Shown here piece after piece: positions 26,115-35,838 of a DNA stretch of 64,000 nucleotides. The notes below the pieces were generated by a model. That model had not been told where the DNA came from. It made no database searches and was given only the letters and a program-made list of their open reading frames with translations. Origin of the DNA: Spirochaetaceae bacterium (GTDB lineage: Bacteria > Spirochaetota > Spirochaetia > DSM-27196 > PWMO01); contig REDM01000202.1 of assembly GCA_007693485.1 (NCBI GenBank), positions 16,141-80,140 on the forward strand, written 5' to 3'. Positions within the stretch are counted from its first letter, which is position 1. Every line of letters starts with the position of its first letter. The position numbers and the translations under genes were made by a program.

Positions 26115-28270
26115 GCCGCACCGGGCGTCGGTTCTTGAGTGGGAGCCTCACAGTGGTGCGTTGCGCCGTGGGACTCGTCGCCGTGGCAGTTTTTGCGGTG
26201 GTCGTACTCACCACCCCCAGCCGCGCAACACGGGACGCGGTGGACGGTTTTCGCTCCCGCCCCATGAGCCTCGATGTTCGCGACCGCCACGGCGAGCGGA
26301 TTGCCCTGCTCCCGACACCGGACGGAACACGACGCGAGTTCCGGGCGCTTGCCGACACCCCACCGCTGTTGATAGAGATTCTGGTCGCCTCGGAGGACCA
26401 CCGGTTTGTTCGGCACCACGGGATCGATATCGTGGCCGTCGGCCGTGCGGCGTGGGCCAACCTGCGTGCGGGCCGCCGAGTGTCGGGCGCGTCAACCATT
26501 ACCATGCAACTCGCCCGCCTGATCCGTCCGCACGGCGGCGGCCGGGCCGGGAAGCGTACCGAGATGCGCACCGCCCTGCAACTGGAACGGCTCTTGAGCA
26601 AGGACGAGATTCTGGAGCTCTGGCTGAACAGCCTTCCCTTCTCCCAGGCAACCGAAGGGGTTTCCGCCGGAGCGCGGGTTGTGTTTGGCGTCTCCGTGGA
26701 TCAGCTCTCCGCCGCCCAGATGGTGTTGCTTGCGGTGATGCCACGCAGCCCCGGCCGCCTCCACCCCGGGCGCAACCCCGAGCAGGCGCTCGCCGCTGCG
26801 CAACAGCTGGCGCATCGGCTCGGTCTGGCGGTACTCCCCGCCGACCTTGCCCGGGCCGCGCAGGATGCAGCCCTCATTGCGGCCCACGGGCGCCCGGACC
26901 GCGTCGTCAACCACGCCCCACACGCGGTCGCCGCTGCACGGGCGGAATATCGCTCCCTGCACGGAACCGAGCCGCTTCCGGGCCACCCACTGCTACTCAC
27001 CCTCGACCTCGCGATGCAGCGACAACTCGAAGCTGCGCTTTCGGCGGCGGTGACGCGATCTCAGGACCGGCGCATCGCGCACGCAGCCGCTCTGGTCATC
27101 GATCACACAACCGGAGCGGTTCTCGCGTGGGTCGGCTCCGCCAATCCAAGCGGAAGCGCGCCGGGAGATCAAATCGACGGAGTCCGGGTACGAAAGCCCT
27201 CGGGGTCCACTCTCAAACCCTTCCTCTACGCTCTCGCGATCGACCGCGGGACGTCCGTCGACGCCGCGCTGCCCAACCATCGGGCCCAGTTTGGCGCAAC
27301 GGATGAGGGGGCCTACCTTCCGGTGAACTTCTCTCGCCGGTTCTCCGAGTCGGTGCCGCTTGCCACCGCGCTCGCCTCGTCTCTCAACGTGCCCGCGGTC
27401 TTTCTTACCGAGTCACTCGGGGTCGCTACCGTTGCCGAAACGTTTGGCCGCATCGGCTTCGCGGACGCCACCGAGCGCGTCAAGCTGCTCGGCCACGGCA
27501 TCGCGGTGGGAAACACCGAGGTGAGTCCGTGGGAGCTGACCCGCGCGTTCACGCTCTTTGCTCGAGGCGGTACGTTGATCGAGCCGTTTCTGCTCGCGAA
27601 TCGCAATCCAGTCGTACGCCTCACGCCCATTTCGGCTCCCACCGCGACGGCGGTCGCCCGCATTCTTGCCGATCCCCACGCGCGCGCGCCGGGATTCGGC
27701 GTCTCCAATCCCCTCGCGACTCGCTACCCTGCGATCTTCAAGACCGGAACGGCCAGTCAGTTCTCGGATATCTGGGCCGTGGGGTCGACAGCTCGCCTGA
27801 CCGCCGTAGTATGGATGGGGAACCATACCGGCGCAACGGTCAGCGGGGAGACGGGAAGCAGTTTGCCGGCCCGGATCCTTGCCGATTTCTTCGCGGAACA
27901 CGTCCATCCTCTCGATCCCGCTCCCTGGGCCTTGCCTCCAGCGGCTACGGCAAACGTCGGGATCACCGACCGAAGCGCGCCTGCCGGCTCTCCGGCCGAC
28001 GTAGGGCACGCGGGTACGGCCACCATCCGGTTTCCGGCAGACGGTTCGGTCTTTCTATTTGATCCGGGAATCCCCGCGGAAGACCAGGGCGTGCCGGTGG
28101 TGGCCGTGGGCGGCACGGGTACGATGCTCTCGCTGGTGGTGTCGGGCGCTGTTGTGGCGTACGGCGTTGAACGGGTGCGCACGGTATTGCAGCTTCCCCC
28201 GGGCGAGCATCAGGTTCAGCTTCTGGTTGACGGTACGGTCAAGCACCATATCACCGTTCGCGTTTGGTAA
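26111..28270 (+). CDS. pbpC: Penicillin-binding protein 1C (bifunctional glycosyltransferase/transpeptidase)
   Basis: N-terminal TM anchor. GT51 motifs (EDHRFVRHHGID, GASTITMQLAR, RKxxE-like KRTEMRTALQLE). Transpeptidase SxxK (GSTLKP), SLN and KTGT (FKTGTA). C-terminal PBP1C-type extension. Confidence 0.9.
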   Translation: MSRTGRRFLSGSLTVVRCAVGLVAVAVFAVVVLTTPSRATRDAVDGFRSRPMSLDVRDRHGERIALLPTPDGTRREFRALADTPPLLIEILVASEDHRFVRHHGIDIVAVGRAAWANLRAGRRVSGASTITMQLARLIRPHGGGRAGKRTEMRTALQLERLLSKDEILELWLNSLPFSQATEGVSAGARVVFGVSVDQLSAAQMVLLAVMPRSPGRLHPGRNPEQALAAAQQLAHRLGLAVLPADLARAAQDAALIAAHGRPDRVVNHAPHAVAAARAEYRSLHGTEPLPGHPLLLTLDLAMQRQLEAALSAAVTRSQDRRIAHAAALVIDHTTGAVLAWVGSANPSGSAPGDQIDGVRVRKPSGSTLKPFLYALAIDRGTSVDAALPNHRAQFGATDEGAYLPVNFSRRFSESVPLATALASSLNVPAVFLTESLGVATVAETFGRIGFADATERVKLLGHGIAVGNTEVSPWELTRAFTLFARGGTLIEPFLLANRNPVVRLTPISAPTATAVARILADPHARAPGFGVSNPLATRYPAIFKTGTASQFSDIWAVGSTARLTAVVWMGNHTGATVSGETGSSLPARILADFFAEHVHPLDPAPWALPPAATANVGITDRSAPAGSPADVGHAGTATIRFPADGSVFLFDPGIPAEDQGVPVVAVGGTGTMLSLVVSGAVVAYGVERVRTVLQLPPGEHQVQLLVDGTVKHHITVRVW

Positions 28271-28310
28271 TCTGCGGCCGAATTGATTATACTTTCTGCG
28301 AGAATAATCT

Positions 28311-30026
28311 ATGCTTTCGGAAGATAAAAAGGCAGAAATTCGCCAACAGGCGGAACGGCTCGCTCGAGATGCACAATCCGGTTCTCCTGGTGCAGATGAG
28401 ACGCTGGTGTACGAACTGCGAATCCACCAGATCGAACTGGAAATGCAGAACGATGAGCTGGTAAAGAGCGAGCGAGAGCTCACCCAGGCGCGCAACCGGT
28501 ACGAATCACTCTTCGAGAATGCCCCAGTCGGCTATTTCGTCCTGAATCGGGAGGGGGTGATTCTTGCCACAAACAACAACGGTGCGGATCTCCTTGCCGC
28601 GCGACGAAAAGGGTTGGTGCGCAAACCGTTTATCGTGTTTCTCCCACAGGAGTTTCACACCGCCTTCTTCTCCCACCTGAACGCCGTTTTCTCGGAGGTG
28701 GGGCGTCACACCGCCGAGATGCGGATCAACACGCGCGAGGCCGAGCAGATCTGGTGCCGCCTGGAGAGTGTTCAGCACGTTGATGAAGAGGGAATCCCTC
28801 AGTGTCTCACCGCGGTGGTGGATATCACCGACCGTCGGCGCATCGAGGACGATTTGATCATCGCAAAGGAAGAGGCGGTTGCGGCCAGTCGGGCGAAAAG
28901 TGCCTTCCTTGCCAACATGAGCCACGAAATTCGCACGCCGATGAACGGCATTCTCGCGATGAGTGAGCTCGCAATGGAGAGCGCTCTCACGTCCGAGCAG
29001 CACGACTACATCAGCGCGATCCATGTATCGGCTCGCAGTCTGCTCTCGATCATCAACGACATTCTGGACCTCTCGCGCATCGAGGCGGACAAGATCCACA
29101 TCGAGAACGCTCCGTTCTCAATCCGCGATACGGTGCAGGAGTGCCTGGCCCTTTTTCAACCGATGATCCAGGAGAAAGCCCTCACGACGAGTATCGTCAC
29201 CGACCCGAGTCTTCCCGACCGCCTCATCGGAGACCGCAACCGATTTCGTCAGGTGGTGCTCAACCTCATCGGCAATGCGGTCAAGTTTACCGTGGACGGT
29301 TCGATTACTATACGGCTTGGCGGCAGTCGCCTCTCCGACCACGCGTGGGAAGTCACCTGCGAGGTATCGGACACCGGGATCGGGATTCCCGAGGAGCTCC
29401 AGGCCACGATTTTCGACAGTTTCACCCAGGCTGAGAACGCGTACGATAAACGGTATCAGGGGGCGGGGCTTGGCCTCACCATCTCACGGCGCCTCGCCCG
29501 CCTGATGAGCGGCCAGCTCTTCTTTCGCAGTACCGCCGGCGAGGGCTCAACCTTTTTTTTCACCCTGCCCCTCCTGGTTGCCGGACCGGACGATGAGACC
29601 CCAATCGACCACCTGCCCGTCCTGGATCCTGCCGAGACGCAGGGCAGGCGCCTGCTGGTCGCCGAAGACAACGCCATCAATACCCTGGTTATTCGAACCA
29701 TCCTCGAGAAGGCCGGGTTCGAGGTGTGGTCTGCCACCAGCGGAGCTCAGGCGCTCGAGTACCTCGAAGCGCATCGGTTTGACCTGGTCCTCATGGATAT
29801 CTCGATGCCGGAACTAGATGGGCTCGAGGCAACGCGACGCATTCGTTCCGGGAAAATCCCCGGAATTGATCCCGCCATTCCCGTGATCGCGATCACCGCG
29901 CATGCGATGAGCGGTGATCGCGAACGGTTCGCAAATGCCGGCATGAACGACTATCTGGGCAAGCCGTTTTCGCGAGCAACCGTATTGGAGACGGTACGCC
30001 GCCATCTCTCGCGAGGGGGAACCTGA
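28311..30026 (+). CDS. Hybrid sensor histidine kinase (coiled coil-PAS-HisKA-HATPase-REC)
   Basis: N-terminal ELRIHQIELEMQNDEL helix, a PAS region (LFENAPVGYFVLNREG), the H-box FLANMSHEIRTPMNGI, G-boxes (DTGIGI, GAGLGL) and a C-terminal receiver (LLVAEDN...LVLMDISMPELDG...KP). Confidence 0.9.
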   Translation: MLSEDKKAEIRQQAERLARDAQSGSPGADETLVYELRIHQIELEMQNDELVKSERELTQARNRYESLFENAPVGYFVLNREGVILATNNNGADLLAARRKGLVRKPFIVFLPQEFHTAFFSHLNAVFSEVGRHTAEMRINTREAEQIWCRLESVQHVDEEGIPQCLTAVVDITDRRRIEDDLIIAKEEAVAASRAKSAFLANMSHEIRTPMNGILAMSELAMESALTSEQHDYISAIHVSARSLLSIINDILDLSRIEADKIHIENAPFSIRDTVQECLALFQPMIQEKALTTSIVTDPSLPDRLIGDRNRFRQVVLNLIGNAVKFTVDGSITIRLGGSRLSDHAWEVTCEVSDTGIGIPEELQATIFDSFTQAENAYDKRYQGAGLGLTISRRLARLMSGQLFFRSTAGEGSTFFFTLPLLVAGPDDETPIDHLPVLDPAETQGRRLLVAEDNAINTLVIRTILEKAGFEVWSATSGAQALEYLEAHRFDLVLMDISMPELDGLEATRRIRSGKIPGIDPAIPVIAITAHAMSGDRERFANAGMNDYLGKPFSRATVLETVRRHLSRGGT

Positions 30027-32890
30027 TGGCGGCCGACGGGGCCTTCATCACGGTGGGTATCGGCGCGTCCGCGGGAGGGCTCGAGGCGCTCGAGTTGTTT
30101 TTTGACGCAATGCCGGCGACGACCCGATTTGCCTTTGTCATCGTTCAGCATCTCTCGCCCGATTACAAAAGCCTCATGGCGGAGCTGCTGAGCAAGCACA
30201 CCACCATTCCAATCCACCAGGTCGAGGACGGCACCGAGGTCGATGCCGGCAACATCTACCTGATTCCGCGCAAAAAAAACATGACCATGTTCCAGGGGAA
30301 GCTCTTTCTCACCGCCCAGGAGCAGGGGCTCAACCTCCCGATCGACATATTCCTGCAGTCGCTGGCGGAAGACCAGGGAGAACGCGCCGTCGCCGTGATT
30401 CTGTCGGGTACGGGGAGCGACGGAACCCGCGGGGTGCGTGCGGTCAAAGAGCTCGGCGGCATCGTCATGGTTCAGGACGAAGAGAGCGCGCGGTTTGACG
30501 GGATGCCGCGCAGCGCCATATCGACGGGGATTGTCGATTACGTGCTTCCGCCCGACCAGATGCCCCGGGAGCTGCAGAACTACGTGAGCGGTACGGTGAC
30601 CCTGCAGAGCGAGGGGCCACAAGACCTTGGCTCGGGAAGCGCACTGTCCAAGATATGTTTGCTAATAAAGCGGAAGACCGGCGTCGACCTTTCGTTCTAC
30701 AAGGAAAGCACCATCACGCGCCGGATCGAACGGCGCATGGGGATCAACCAGATCGACGACATCCGGCTGTACGTCGACTTCATGGAGATGAACCCCAGTG
30801 AGACGCTGACCCTCTTCAGGGAGATTCTGATTGGCGTCACGCGCTTTTTTCGTGATTCGGAGGCGTTTGAGCTGATCAAGAGTCACGTCATCCCCGAGAT
30901 TGTGAAACAGAACGAACCCAACGCTCCGATTCGCGTCTGGGTCGCCGGTTGCTCCACCGGCGAGGAGGCATACGGGCTGGCGATTCTCTTCGCGGAGTAC
31001 CTCCAGGAAAACCACCTTACTAACGAGGTGAAGATCTTCGCCACGGACATCGACAAACACGCGATTGATATCGCCTCCATGGGAATCTACCCCGAGAGCA
31101 TCGCCGCCGATGCCCAACTCAGCAGATTGCAGAAGTTCTTCGTGAAGAAGGGTGAGAATTACCAGATCGTTCCGAGCATTCGCGAAATGGTCATCTTCGC
31201 CTACCACAATATCTTCAAGGATCCACCGTTCCGGCGAGTGGACCTGATCAGCTGTCGAAACCTGCTCATCTATCTGCAGCCGGTTCTGCAGAAAAAAGTG
31301 CTCTCCAACTTTCACTTCAGTCTCAACGAACACGGGTTTCTCTTCCTTGGAAGCAGCGAGACCGTGGCGGAGTTCAGCCGCTACTTCAAGAACATCGACC
31401 CGCGATGGAAGCTATTTCGCTACGTTGGTGGCGCGGCGCGCCCTGCGGTTGTTGCGACTCCGTCGAGTGAGTCACGGTTTCGCGAAGAGGTGCGCCTACC
31501 CGAGCTTCGGCGCCTTGATCAGACCGACCGTCGCGACCGGATCGACCGAATCTACGAGAATCTGGTGGAACAGTTCCTCCCGCCGTGTGTCCTGGTGGAT
31601 GAGAATCAGGCGGTCCGTCACGTGTTCGGAGAAGTCAGCCCCTTTCTGAAACTTCCCGCCGGACGGCTCGACCCCAGCGTGCTCAAGATGGCACGGCGCG
31701 ACCTCTCCATCCCGCTCGGGAGCGCGCTGCAGAAGGCGGTTCGCGAACGGCAGGAGGTGGTGATCGACGGCATCATCGTACGTGATCAGACTGAGCCCTT
31801 CGCCGTACGGCTGACCGTCAAACCGGTGGGGAGCGATGCCGACAGCAATTACTACGCGGTGCTTTTCCAGCAACACGAGGGAGAGAGCGCGGGGCGCGTG
31901 GTGCAGGAGCATTTTGACCTCGAACAGAGCGTTCGCAACCGCATCACCGACCTGGAAACCGAGCTGCAGCAGAACCGCGAGAATCTGCAGGCGACCATCG
32001 AAGAACTCGAGACCTCGAACGAAGAGTTGCAGGCGACCAACGAGGAGCTGCTCTCGTCAAACGAGGAGCTGCAAAGCACCAACGAAGAACTTCAGTCGGT
32101 GAACGAAGAGCTCATCACCGTCAATTCCGAGTACCAGAAAAAGATCGAAGAGCTGTCGGAACTGAACGATGACATGGACAATCTGCTCGCCAGCACCGAC
32201 ATCGGTACCGTGTTCCTGGATACCGAGCTGCGCATCCGCAAGTTCACCCCGGCGGCAACGCGTCACATCAACATGATCAAGAGCGATATCGGTCGCCCCT
32301 TTACCGATCTGGCTCACAACCTGAACTATCCGACCCTCAGAACCGACATTCGGTCCGTTCTGGAGTCACTTACCGCACAGACGATCGAAATCCAGAACGA
32401 CGCGGGAGTGTGGCTGCAGGTCAAGCTGATACCCTATCGCTCCGACGCAAACCGTGTTGGAGGCATTGTGATGACGTTGATCGAAATCCACGACCGCAAG
32501 AGTGCCGAGCTGGCCCTGGTTCGCCAACACGATCTTCTGATGAGTATATTGGAGTCAAACCCGTCGGGAATCACGATGGTTGATCGCAACGGGATGATCG
32601 TGTACGCAAACCGGAAAGCGGAGCGGTTGCTGGGCCTGCAGAAGGATGCGTTGAGCCGCATGCGGTACGACGCAGAGGAGTTCAAGATAACCGACACCGA
32701 CGGGAATCCAATTCCTTCGGCTGAGCTTCCATTCCAGCAGATTCTGCGATCCCGGGCTCCGGTGCGTGACTTCAGCCACTGGATCGAGGGCAGCGACGGC
32801 CGTCGCCTCCGCCTTCAGATCAGTGGAAACGCAATTCTGGACGAGGACAATCAGGTTGAGGGAGCGGTGTTCAACATTGAAGAGTTATGA
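30026..32890 (+). CDS. CheB-CheR fusion protein with coiled coil and two PAS domains
   Basis: 954 aa. CheB methylesterase domain ([12 protein letters not shown]...VIVQHL...GTGSDG). CheR methyltransferase domain ([25 protein letters not shown]). NEEL heptad coiled coil. Two C-terminal PAS-like domains. The ATG overlaps the kinase stop by 1 nt (TGATG). Confidence 0.9.
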   Translation: MAADGAFITVGIGASAGGLEALELFFDAMPATTRFAFVIVQHLSPDYKSLMAELLSKHTTIPIHQVEDGTEVDAGNIYLIPRKKNMTMFQGKLFLTAQEQGLNLPIDIFLQSLAEDQGERAVAVILSGTGSDGTRGVRAVKELGGIVMVQDEESARFDGMPRSAISTGIVDYVLPPDQMPRELQNYVSGTVTLQSEGPQDLGSGSALSKICLLIKRKTGVDLSFYKESTITRRIERRMGINQIDDIRLYVDFMEMNPSETLTLFREILIGVTRFFRDSEAFELIKSHVIPEIVKQNEPNAPIRVWVAGCSTGEEAYGLAILFAEYLQENHLTNEVKIFATDIDKHAIDIASMGIYPESIAADAQLSRLQKFFVKKGENYQIVPSIREMVIFAYHNIFKDPPFRRVDLISCRNLLIYLQPVLQKKVLSNFHFSLNEHGFLFLGSSETVAEFSRYFKNIDPRWKLFRYVGGAARPAVVATPSSESRFREEVRLPELRRLDQTDRRDRIDRIYENLVEQFLPPCVLVDENQAVRHVFGEVSPFLKLPAGRLDPSVLKMARRDLSIPLGSALQKAVRERQEVVIDGIIVRDQTEPFAVRLTVKPVGSDADSNYYAVLFQQHEGESAGRVVQEHFDLEQSVRNRITDLETELQQNRENLQATIEELETSNEELQATNEELLSSNEELQSTNEELQSVNEELITVNSEYQKKIEELSELNDDMDNLLASTDIGTVFLDTELRIRKFTPAATRHINMIKSDIGRPFTDLAHNLNYPTLRTDIRSVLESLTAQTIEIQNDAGVWLQVKLIPYRSDANRVGGIVMTLIEIHDRKSAELALVRQHDLLMSILESNPSGITMVDRNGMIVYANRKAERLLGLQKDALSRMRYDAEEFKITDTDGNPIPSAELPFQQILRSRAPVRDFSHWIEGSDGRRLRLQISGNAILDEDNQVEGAVFNIEEL
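32000..32113 (+). repeat. Five in-frame 21-nt (heptad) repeats encoding xxNEELx inside the CheBR gene
   Basis: [38 protein letters not shown] read directly from 32000-32113. It is a coding coiled coil, not a CRISPR or other non-coding repeat. Confidence 0.9.
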
Positions 32891-33701
32891 TGAACAGTCG
32901 GACGCGGCGGTCCCGCCGGTCCTGCTGGTAGAAGATAACCGGATCAACCAGATGGTTGCCATACAGCTCCTGAAGCGCGCTGGTGTGGGTGCCGATACGG
33001 CCAACAACGCCGAGGAAGCGCTGCGCAGGCTGAGCACTCACGAGTACCGGCTGGTCCTGATGGACGTACAGATGCCGGGAATGACCGGCATCGAGGCAAC
33101 ACAGATCATTCGCAATCCCGATTCCGACGTGCGTGACCACGCAGTTCCGATCATCGCCATGACCGCCTTCAGCTCCGAGCAGGACCGAATCGCCTGCATG
33201 AGTGCCGGGATGAACGAGTTCCTCACCAAACCGCTGCAGATCGATCGCTTCGTCGAAGTGGTCCAGCGGTTTCTCCCCGTCGCGCCTTCCACCGCAGATG
33301 GTGATTTGTCACCGAGCGTGAGCGCCGGTGCGCATGCCGGCGCGTCCGCCGGCGCAGCTGAAGGCGAGCGTGGGGCGCTGCCCGTAATCGACCACCGGGA
33401 CCTTCTTTTGCGAAGTGGCTCCGACGAGGCCGTTGCTCGCGACCTGCTCCGCCGATTCTTTGAGCGCCTTCACAACGCCGGGGAGCCAATCGCGGCCGCC
33501 GTCATAGCCGGCGACCTTGACGCGCTGGCTCGCCACACCCACGGTCTCTGCGGTGCGGCTGGAAACATCGGAGCAAGGCGCCTCTACACCGTGCTGAAGC
33601 AGATGCACGCATTCGCGCGCGACGGGGACCTTGCTGCCGCGGCGCTCTTGCTCCCCGATCTGGAAGTCGAGATCAGCGCAGTGCGTACTGTTCTGAGATG
33701 A
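32877..33701 (+). CDS. Response-regulator receiver fused to an Hpt phosphotransfer domain
   Basis: REC: VLLVEDNRINQ...LVLMDVQMPGMTG...FLTKPL. Hpt: ALARHTHGLCGAAGNIGARRL. There is no in-frame ATG near the domain start. TTG at 32877 (LKSYDEQ...) is the only plausible start, overlapping the CheBR 3' end by 14 nt. Confidence 0.8.
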   Translation: MKSYDEQSDAAVPPVLLVEDNRINQMVAIQLLKRAGVGADTANNAEEALRRLSTHEYRLVLMDVQMPGMTGIEATQIIRNPDSDVRDHAVPIIAMTAFSSEQDRIACMSAGMNEFLTKPLQIDRFVEVVQRFLPVAPSTADGDLSPSVSAGAHAGASAGAAEGERGALPVIDHRDLLLRSGSDEAVARDLLRRFFERLHNAGEPIAAAVIAGDLDALARHTHGLCGAAGNIGARRLYTVLKQMHAFARDGDLAAAALLLPDLEVEISAVRTVLR

Positions 33702-35736
33702 TCTCCGAGAGAATCTGCCGGGTGATCGCGTAGAGGGGTGGAACCCCTTCAACCGAGGCGAGCCGTGCGGAAAGGCTCGCGGAGGCATCCATCGGGAGAT
33801 CGGAAACGTAGTACGCACACCGCAGCGCGACGTGATCCGGAACGACGCCGAGCTGCTGCGACTCCACCACCTGACGGTAGTAGTGAAACCCCTCCATCTC
33901 CAGTCCAATACAGCCCCAGATGCGGCGATAAAACTGGAGCATCGTACGATTCTGCAACAGCGTCCCGTTTACCGTGAGCAGGGGACCCTGGTGAATGGCG
34001 CGCCCAGGAATCCGGGACTGCAGCTCCGCGATGCGTCTATGGGTCGGCGCGGGAACCGGCTCGAACTGATCGGTTGTCTGCGCGATAAACGCGGTTGGGA
34101 CCAGCAGATCGCCCCGATTTCCGCAGAGCGCCCCCGCCTTCCCCAGAAAACTGATGCTTTGTACGTTCGTGCCGAAAAGCATGAGAAGATTTCGGATAAT
34201 GTGCTGCGCCTGCTCACCAAAGGCATAGTCGATGTTGACAATCACCGACCGCAGAAACGCCCCGCCACGCAGAGCCGGGTCAATCGCTGCGGTATCAACC
34301 TGTGCCGTATCGACGAGCTGCACCTGAATTCCCGTCGAAGCGGTCTCCCGCAGGCGCACGATGCCGTTCGCCCGGGCGACGTTGAACGCTTCTTCCGCCT
34401 CGCTGGGATGCGCCAGAAAAAACTCTCGCGCCAGGGCGTACACCAGGTCACTTCGATCGTGCCACGACTCATTCACCAGCGGATGGCCGTTCTTCCCCGC
34501 CCACTCCACGATTCGCACGGCGTTTGCGCCGTACCAGGGATTCAGGCAGTTTGTTACCGAGTGAGTATTGCTGCTGATGATGTGGACCGGTAGATCGGCG
34601 GGGAACCCGGACGGATGGACGCCCATCAACTCACGGGCCGCGCTTCCGACCTGAGCGGTCCACAGCTCGCTGCGAAGACTGTTGTACGTGTTCTTCCGCC
34701 GTTGCACGGTGATGGAGAACATCTCGTTGTGGCGCACGATCTCCCAGAGCCGTTGCGGAGCCTCGTCGTGCCAGACGGCACACAGCCGCCGATACTCGGC
34801 CGGGGAGAACGGCAACCCACCGGGAGCGCCCTGGCCATCATCGCCGGTTTTCGCCGAACCCGTCGCAAGCGCCGCCAGCCGCTCGATAGTCTCGGGATCC
34901 TCCAGCCGCCGACGGATCTTTCGTGCCTCGACGCAGTAGAGACAGATGCACGTCACCAGATCAAAAAGATCAGACGCTCCGTCGCGCAGCAGTACAACGT
35001 TCTTTCCTGGAAGCAGTTCCCAGATATCGCGACGACGCGCCGCAGTCTCGACCATGGGGAAGAACGCGTCGGGACGCGGAAAGCCGCCGGGAAGCTGATC
35101 GGTCAACTGAAGCGCCAGAACACGCGTAATGTTTGCCGGCAACCTTCGCACCGCGTACTCCAGCGCCTCAAAATCGATCTCGCTGGAATGGGAGACCAGC
35201 GGATGCAGGGCCGGTTGCAGCGCTTCGTACCGCTCGATGATTCGTGCGAGGGGGATGAATCCCTGGGTAGCACTTCGCAGCAGCTCAACGGTGAAACCGT
35301 CAAAGGCGGCGAAGATGCCCTGACGGTCGCGAAGGATCACCCCGAGCGCCTGGGCAAATGCTCGACTCGTCTGCACCAGCTCCATGAACCGCTCGCCGGG
35401 AACCACGTAACAGACGCAGTGCGACAGGGTCCGCACCTCGTAGACGCGAGGCTCCTCGAACAACGGCTCCCACTCGCCCACGTAGTGTCCTGCCTCGATC
35501 ACCTGCAATCGCGGACTTGGCGCTTTCGCTCGATCGAGTACCTCCACCTCCCCCTGGACGATGAGATAGACGGAACGGTCGCCGGCGGCGCCCTGTTGGA
35601 TGATGGTGTGTCCCGGCGCAAACTCAACCCGCTGAAGGTGGGGAGCCAGGGCGCGCTTCTCGTCAAGGGAGAGAAACCGGAAGGGCGTTATCTGCTCAAG
35701 AATGCCAACCAGCGAATCGCCATGGGACTCGGTCAT
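33673..35736 (-). CDS. Cyclic-nucleotide-binding domain protein with a C-terminal PNP/UDP-type nucleoside phosphorylase/nucleosidase-like domain
   Basis: 687 aa. aa ~13-125 form a CAP_ED-type cNMP-binding barrel (FLSLDEKRAL..., GHYVGEWEPLFEEPRVYEVRT). aa ~495-680 read as a PNP_UDP_1 fold (VIVNIDYAFGEQA, FLGKAGALCGNRGDLLVPT, GLEMEG). The middle ~350 aa are unassigned. Confidence 0.75.
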   Translation of the reverse strand: MTESHGDSLVGILEQITPFRFLSLDEKRALAPHLQRVEFAPGHTIIQQGAAGDRSVYLIVQGEVEVLDRAKAPSPRLQVIEAGHYVGEWEPLFEEPRVYEVRTLSHCVCYVVPGERFMELVQTSRAFAQALGVILRDRQGIFAAFDGFTVELLRSATQGFIPLARIIERYEALQPALHPLVSHSSEIDFEALEYAVRRLPANITRVLALQLTDQLPGGFPRPDAFFPMVETAARRRDIWELLPGKNVVLLRDGASDLFDLVTCICLYCVEARKIRRRLEDPETIERLAALATGSAKTGDDGQGAPGGLPFSPAEYRRLCAVWHDEAPQRLWEIVRHNEMFSITVQRRKNTYNSLRSELWTAQVGSAARELMGVHPSGFPADLPVHIISSNTHSVTNCLNPWYGANAVRIVEWAGKNGHPLVNESWHDRSDLVYALAREFFLAHPSEAEEAFNVARANGIVRLRETASTGIQVQLVDTAQVDTAAIDPALRGGAFLRSVIVNIDYAFGEQAQHIIRNLLMLFGTNVQSISFLGKAGALCGNRGDLLVPTAFIAQTTDQFEPVPAPTHRRIAELQSRIPGRAIHQGPLLTVNGTLLQNRTMLQFYRRIWGCIGLEMEGFHYYRQVVESQQLGVVPDHVALRCAYYVSDLPMDASASLSARLASVEGVPPLYAITRQILSEIISEQYALR

Positions 35737-35742
35737 GACGCC

Positions 35743-35771
35743 ATACTACCACCGCGAATCCACGGCGACAA
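35743..35771 (-). promoter_or_regulatory. Candidate sigma70-type promoter placing the transcription start at or next to the ATG (leaderless candidate)
   Basis: Minus strand: TTGTCG (35771-35766), 17 nt spacer, TGgTAGTAT (-10 at 35748-35743), then only 6 nt (ggcgtc) before ATG 35736. No Shine-Dalgarno sequence. Confidence 0.35.
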
Positions 35772-35838
35772 TGATCACGGCGTGGCCGGGCGCACGGGTA
35801 CGTATCCTCATCACCGACAGGTTCTGCGACTCGCCGGT

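Noticed and set aside
32000-32113. 21-nt periodic repeat that might be a CRISPR-like or minisatellite array.
   Set aside because: It is in frame within the CheBR gene, has no spacers and encodes NEEL heptads of a coiled coil.
28311-35736. Possible Detocs-like defence system (hybrid kinase plus receiver proteins plus a PNP-domain effector).
   Set aside because: The PNP-like protein has a cNMP-binding domain, not a receiver domain. It is on the opposite strand, convergent to the kinase operon. The middle gene is a CheB/CheR fusion rather than a buffer receiver. The flanks are housekeeping genes, and no other defence-island features are present.
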